In this document: positions 62,092 to 64,000 of the stretch, piece after piece | How the letters are laid out: each line of letters opens with the position of its first letter | Numbering within the stretch: position 1 is the stretch's first letter | DNA from: Myxococcota bacterium | Lineage (GTDB): Bacteria > Myxococcota_A > UBA9160 > UBA4427 | Length of the DNA: 64,000 nt | Assembly (NCBI GenBank): GCA_028278345.1 | Contig: JANQEL010000206.1 | Coordinates: 2,341-66,340, forward strand | Direction: 5' to 3' | Made by a program: the position numbers and the translations under genes | Notes under the pieces: model-generated | Seen by the model: the letters and a program-made list of their open reading frames with translations, nothing else | What the model was told of the DNA's origin: nothing | The model's database searches: none

Positions 62092-63741
62092 GTGACGAAC
62101 GGAACATCGGCCGACCCTGCGCGTTTTCGCGTGACGAACCTCACGCTCGGGCTCGAAGATTGCGAGGCGGCCCTACGCGAGCGCGCGGCGGAAACCCTCG
62201 GTATCGAGGCCGATCGCGTGCGGGAGTTGCGCATTGCGCGCAAGTCGCTGGATGCGCGGCGCAGCGGTTCTCGTGGGCGACGCTTTCGCTTCGTCATCCA
62301 CGCCGACGTGACCCTCGACGAAACGCCCGTGGGTGAGACCTTCGAGCGCGCCCTGCGCGCCGGGCGGGTGCGCGAGCTCGAGCCGCCGGCACAATTCGGT
62401 GTTCCTGCCGACAAGCGGCGCGCGCGCCCGGGCCACGTCGTCGTGGTGGGAGCCGGCCCGGCCGGCCTGTTCGCGGCGCGAACCCTCGCCGAGAACGACG
62501 TGTCCGTCACCCTGCTCGATCGGGGCGATTCGCTTCGCCTTCGCGGGCGGGCCCTCGCGCGCTTCCAGAACCACCGGGAGCTCGACCCCGAGAGCAACCT
62601 GCTCTTCGGCGAGGGCGGGGCGGGGACCTACTCGGACGGCAAGCTCTACACCCGAGTCGATCATCCCCTCTCGCTTCCCATCCTTGAGACGCTGGTCGCC
62701 TGCGGCGCACCTCCCGAGATCGTCTACGACGCGCGCGCGCACATCGGGACCGATCGCCTGCATCGCATCCTTCCCGCCCTGCGCGAGATGCTCGAGAAGG
62801 GGGGCGTCGCCTTCCGCTGGCGCACGCGCTTCGAGGGGCTGCGGTTCGCTGAAGAGCCGGGCGAGCGTCGCGTGGTGGGCGTCGAGACTTCGGATGGGGG
62901 GATCGACTGCGACGCCGTCGTGCTCGCGGTCGGCCACAGTGCGCGCGACACCTGGGAGCGATTGCACGGACAGGGGGTCGAGATCGAACCCCGTGCTTCG
63001 CAACTCGGCGTGCGGATCGAACACCCACAATCGTTGATCGATCGCGGGCGCTACGGCGAGGGCCCCGAAGCCGCGATGCTCGGCCCCGCCTACTACGCAC
63101 TCGTCTGCCGCAAGACCGCGAAGCGGGCGGGCGGGTACTCGTTCTGCATGTGCCCGGGCGGGCAGATCGTGGCCAGCGTGAACAGCCACGGGTATCTCTG
63201 CACGAATGGAATGAGCAACTCGCGACATTCCTCGCCCTACGCGAACGCCGCGGTGGTGACGCCGGTCGAGCCTTCGGGTCACGGCGATGGCGTGTTCGCG
63301 GGTGTCGACCTGCAGCGCGACCTCGAAGCGCGCTTCTACGAAGCCGGCGGTTCGAACTACACCGCGCCCGCGCAGCGCGCGAGCGACTTCATTGCGGGGC
63401 GCGCATCGACTTCGCTGCGGCCAAGCAGCTACAAGCTCGGCGTCGTCCCCGAACGCATCGACGCGCTACTCCCCGAAGCGATTCGCGACGCGCTGCGCGG
63501 CGCCCTCGAGGTGTTCGAGCGGCAGATCCCCGGCTTCTCGGGAAGCGATGGCATGTTGGTCGGCGTCGAGACCCGCTGCTCGGCACCGCTTCGCATGCCG
63601 CGCGATCGCGAGGGCTTCGGGGCCAGGGGGCTCGCGAACCTGCTTCCCGTTGGTGAGGGAGCCGGCTACGCCGGTGGCATCTTGAGCGCAGCGATCGACG
63701 GTGCTCGCGCGGCCCAGGCGTTGTTGCGCGTTCCGCGCTGA
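62092..63741 (+). CDS. NAD(P)/FAD-dependent oxidoreductase (COG2509-like)
   Basis: ARKSLDAR, VVGAGPAGLFAA, FGEGGAGTYSDGKL, HIGTD, GHSARD, SFCMCPGG, GEGAGYAGGILSAAIDG. GTG 62092 start is inferred. Confidence 0.9.
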   Translation: MTNGTSADPARFRVTNLTLGLEDCEAALRERAAETLGIEADRVRELRIARKSLDARRSGSRGRRFRFVIHADVTLDETPVGETFERALRAGRVRELEPPAQFGVPADKRRARPGHVVVVGAGPAGLFAARTLAENDVSVTLLDRGDSLRLRGRALARFQNHRELDPESNLLFGEGGAGTYSDGKLYTRVDHPLSLPILETLVACGAPPEIVYDARAHIGTDRLHRILPALREMLEKGGVAFRWRTRFEGLRFAEEPGERRVVGVETSDGGIDCDAVVLAVGHSARDTWERLHGQGVEIEPRASQLGVRIEHPQSLIDRGRYGEGPEAAMLGPAYYALVCRKTAKRAGGYSFCMCPGGQIVASVNSHGYLCTNGMSNSRHSSPYANAAVVTPVEPSGHGDGVFAGVDLQRDLEARFYEAGGSNYTAPAQRASDFIAGRASTSLRPSSYKLGVVPERIDALLPEAIRDALRGALEVFERQIPGFSGSDGMLVGVETRCSAPLRMPRDREGFGARGLANLLPVGEGAGYAGGILSAAIDGARAAQALLRVPR

Positions 63742-64000
63742 ACGCGAGCCTCCGGCGAGGGTCGACGTGCAACTTGGCGTCACCCATGTGCAGCGCGGGA
63801 GGTCAAAAGGAAACTTTCTTGCCTTCACTGCTGTTTTTCGTGGTGATTGTCCTTCGATTTTTCTGCAATGCGTCGATAGAATTGGCGGCCTTCGGGACGG
63901 CGTGTCCTACGGCGATTTCCCGAACTCCCCATGCAACTCCTCCGAACATCCACCCACCAGACATTGGAGTCCCCCCTCTCCATGCTGACCGACGATCACC

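Noticed and set aside
63742-64000. AT-richer terminal region, with a possible promoter or a CDS start near 63982
   Set aside because: It is truncated by the window edge, the spacing fits neither sigma-54 nor sigma-28 well, and too little sequence remains to call a gene.

Overview
High-GC, gene-dense bacterial window. The gene content suggests a marine Myxococcota/deltaproteobacterial-type organism, which is inference only. It holds a 13-gene MSHA-type type IVa pilus cluster (mshI-J-K-L-M-N-E-G-A-C-D-O-P, minus strand), a complete Na+-NQR operon (nqrA-F plus apbE and nqrM), and a selenocysteine-recoded selD with an in-frame UGA and a SECIS-like hairpin. Other recognisable genes are recD2, apaG, a P-II gene and glpD. 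Also present are two PilZ proteins, two extra ExeA/MshM-like ATPases, two paralogous GT-C-type membrane glycosyltransferases flanking an ankyrin lipoprotein and an AlkP-superfamily enzyme, a GH84 O-GlcNAcase without a signal peptide, and two LLM/F420-type oxidoreductases. Two candidates for undescribed biology stand out. (1) A three-gene cassette encodes a YtkA-like Met/His lipoprotein, a MauG/MbnH-type di-heme enzyme, and a ~2050-aa exported protein that fuses an intact copper-radical oxidase to a di-heme peroxidase. (2) A recurring sigma-28 (FliA/WhiG)-like promoter motif lies upstream of the pilus genes, both PilZ genes, an ExeA-like ATPase, a DUF5658-like gene and nqrA. I found no rRNA, tRNA, CRISPR array or mobile element. 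All calls come from reading motifs by eye, no database search was run, and several start codons were re-assigned relative to the ORF track.
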